A stretch of 64,000 nucleotides of DNA. Origin: Alphaproteobacteria bacterium. GTDB lineage: Bacteria > Pseudomonadota > Alphaproteobacteria > G965222575. Within the stretch, counting starts at the first letter, position 1; each line of letters begins with the position of its first letter. The position numbers and the translations under genes are program-made. The notes beneath the pieces are model-generated. The model was not told the origin of the DNA, did no database searches, and saw only the letters and a list, made by a program, of their open reading frames with translations. Positions 62,939-64,000 of this stretch are shown here, piece by piece. The stretch lies in assembly GCA_965222575.1 (NCBI GenBank), contig OZ244958.1, forward strand, positions 1,120,001 to 1,184,000, given 5' to 3'.

Positions 62939-64000
62939 TCCTTCACCACAACCCCATCTTGAAAATCTAATACTTTATCCCCTATAATCTGAACTTTCTC
63001 GTGACCCTTGCCAGCCACTACCAATAAATCTCCTCCCTGCAAGTCCTCTATAGCCTGACGAATCGCCTCACCCCTATCAGGAATCTCCACCCCCTTCCTA
63101 CAAACCCCCAAAATCGTACGCCGAATAGACCCAGGGTCTTCATCACGAGGATTATCATTGGTCACATAAACCCTCTGAGCATAAGCTTGCACAACTTTCC
63201 CCATCCTCACCCTATTGCTCTCATCCCTTTGACCCCCACAACCAAATACAACAGAAACTCTCCCCTTTTTCCCTGCCCAACGCTTCCCAGCTTTCAATAC
63301 TAACTCCATAGCATCAGGCGTATGCGCATAATCTACATAAACCTTCCAAGGATCAGACACTTCATGCATCCTCTCAAGACGCCCCTCTACCTGTGGAAAA
63401 GTCCTCACAGCCTCCATCACCCTCTCCACCACCCCTTCTTCAAAAAGAAGACCAAGCGTAATCCCTAACGCACAAAGCGCATTCTGAGCCTCCCAATCCG
63501 TTCTCACATTCATAAAAGACCCATAAACTTTTCCTCCTACAGAAACCTCAGCTCTATACCTCCCCTCCTCCACATTCCCCCAAACAAAAGACCCCCTAAC
63601 CCCCTCCCATATCCCCCCATACTCCATCACAAACAGCTGCCTTCTCTCACTCTCCTCCTTCAAAACAGAAAAATACGGACTCCCCTTCGGTAATACCGCA
63701 ACCCCACCCCATCTCACTACCTCCTGAAAAAGACGCAACTTCGACTGAAAATACTCCTCCTTCGTTCCATGATAATCCAAATGCTCAGACTCAAAATTCG
63801 TAAAAGCCCCCACCTCACAGGTTAACCCATCTATTCTACGCTGATCCAAACCATGACTAGAGGCTTCCAGTACCAAATAAGACACACCCTTCCTTTTTAA
63901 GGCTCTAGCAATCCTCTCAAGAACACGACCATCAGGCGTCGTTAAATGCCCCTTCTCTATCTCCATACTCTCACCTTGCCCATCTCTCAATCCCAATGTC
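62893..64000 (-). CDS. murE: UDP-MurNAc-dipeptide-diaminopimelate ligase (5' part outside the window)
   Basis: TTP, EASSHGL, DYAHTPDA, FGCGG, DNPR and AGKGHE motifs. Confidence 0.94.
   Translation of the reverse strand, partial: TLGLRDGQGESMEIEKGHLTTPDGRVLERIARALKRKGVSYLVLEASSHGLDQRRIDGLTCEVGAFTNFESEHLDYHGTKEEYFQSKLRLFQEVVRWGGVAVLPKGSPYFSVLKEESERRQLFVMEYGGIWEGVRGSFVWGNVEEGRYRAEVSVGGKVYGSFMNVRTDWEAQNALCALGITLGLLFEEGVVERVMEAVRTFPQVEGRLERMHEVSDPWKVYVDYAHTPDAMELVLKAGKRWAGKKGRVSVVFGCGGQRDESNRVRMGKVVQAYAQRVYVTNDNPRDEDPGSIRRTILGVCRKGVEIPDRGEAIRQAIEDLQGGDLLVVAGKGHEKVQIIGDKVLDFQDGVVVKECLKNKRQSSGGGKR

Overview
Chromosomal window from a reduced-genome, probably host-associated alphaproteobacterium (inferred from gene orders and divergent core genes) that spans the replication terminus: there is a dif site at 44908-44935, and the + strand goes from G-rich to C-rich across the window. 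Positions 1-5977 hold a haem-uptake operon (TonB-dependent receptor, repeat-disrupted tonB, hmuSTUV). Positions ~6000-30650 are an accessory island ending at tRNA-Pro. It contains a type II-C CRISPR-Cas9 locus (12-repeat array, an orphan repeat enclosing a 260-bp promoter-terminator unit, cas2, cas1, frameshifted cas9 with a duplicated WED-like module, tracrRNA), a repeat-built effector-like gene, a DUF4011-helicase-Vsr (Hhe-type) defence protein fused to ankyrin repeats, two membrane-anchored ankyrin genes, a HEPN/Abi gene, an internally deleted SNF2 helicase and a deletion-compressed prophage. Positions 30728-64000 are core genes: pssA/psd, tRNA-Leu(UAA) with a group I intron, tadA, trkH, rpoZ-pyrE-pdxJ-acpS-lepB-rnc-era (no spoT or recO here), atpHAGDC (gamma carries a 14x pentapeptide insert), ligA, recN, bamD and the dcw cluster (no lpxC here). 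The best candidates for new biology are (i) defence enzymes grafted with ankyrin repeats and/or a shared C-terminal E-x-[IV]-A-Y-L-x-x-K-G tail, and (ii) the repeat-flanked transcription unit at the edge of the CRISPR array. Several frameshifts, including one in the normally essential ftsQ, may be assembly errors. All family assignments are from motif recognition, not database searches.
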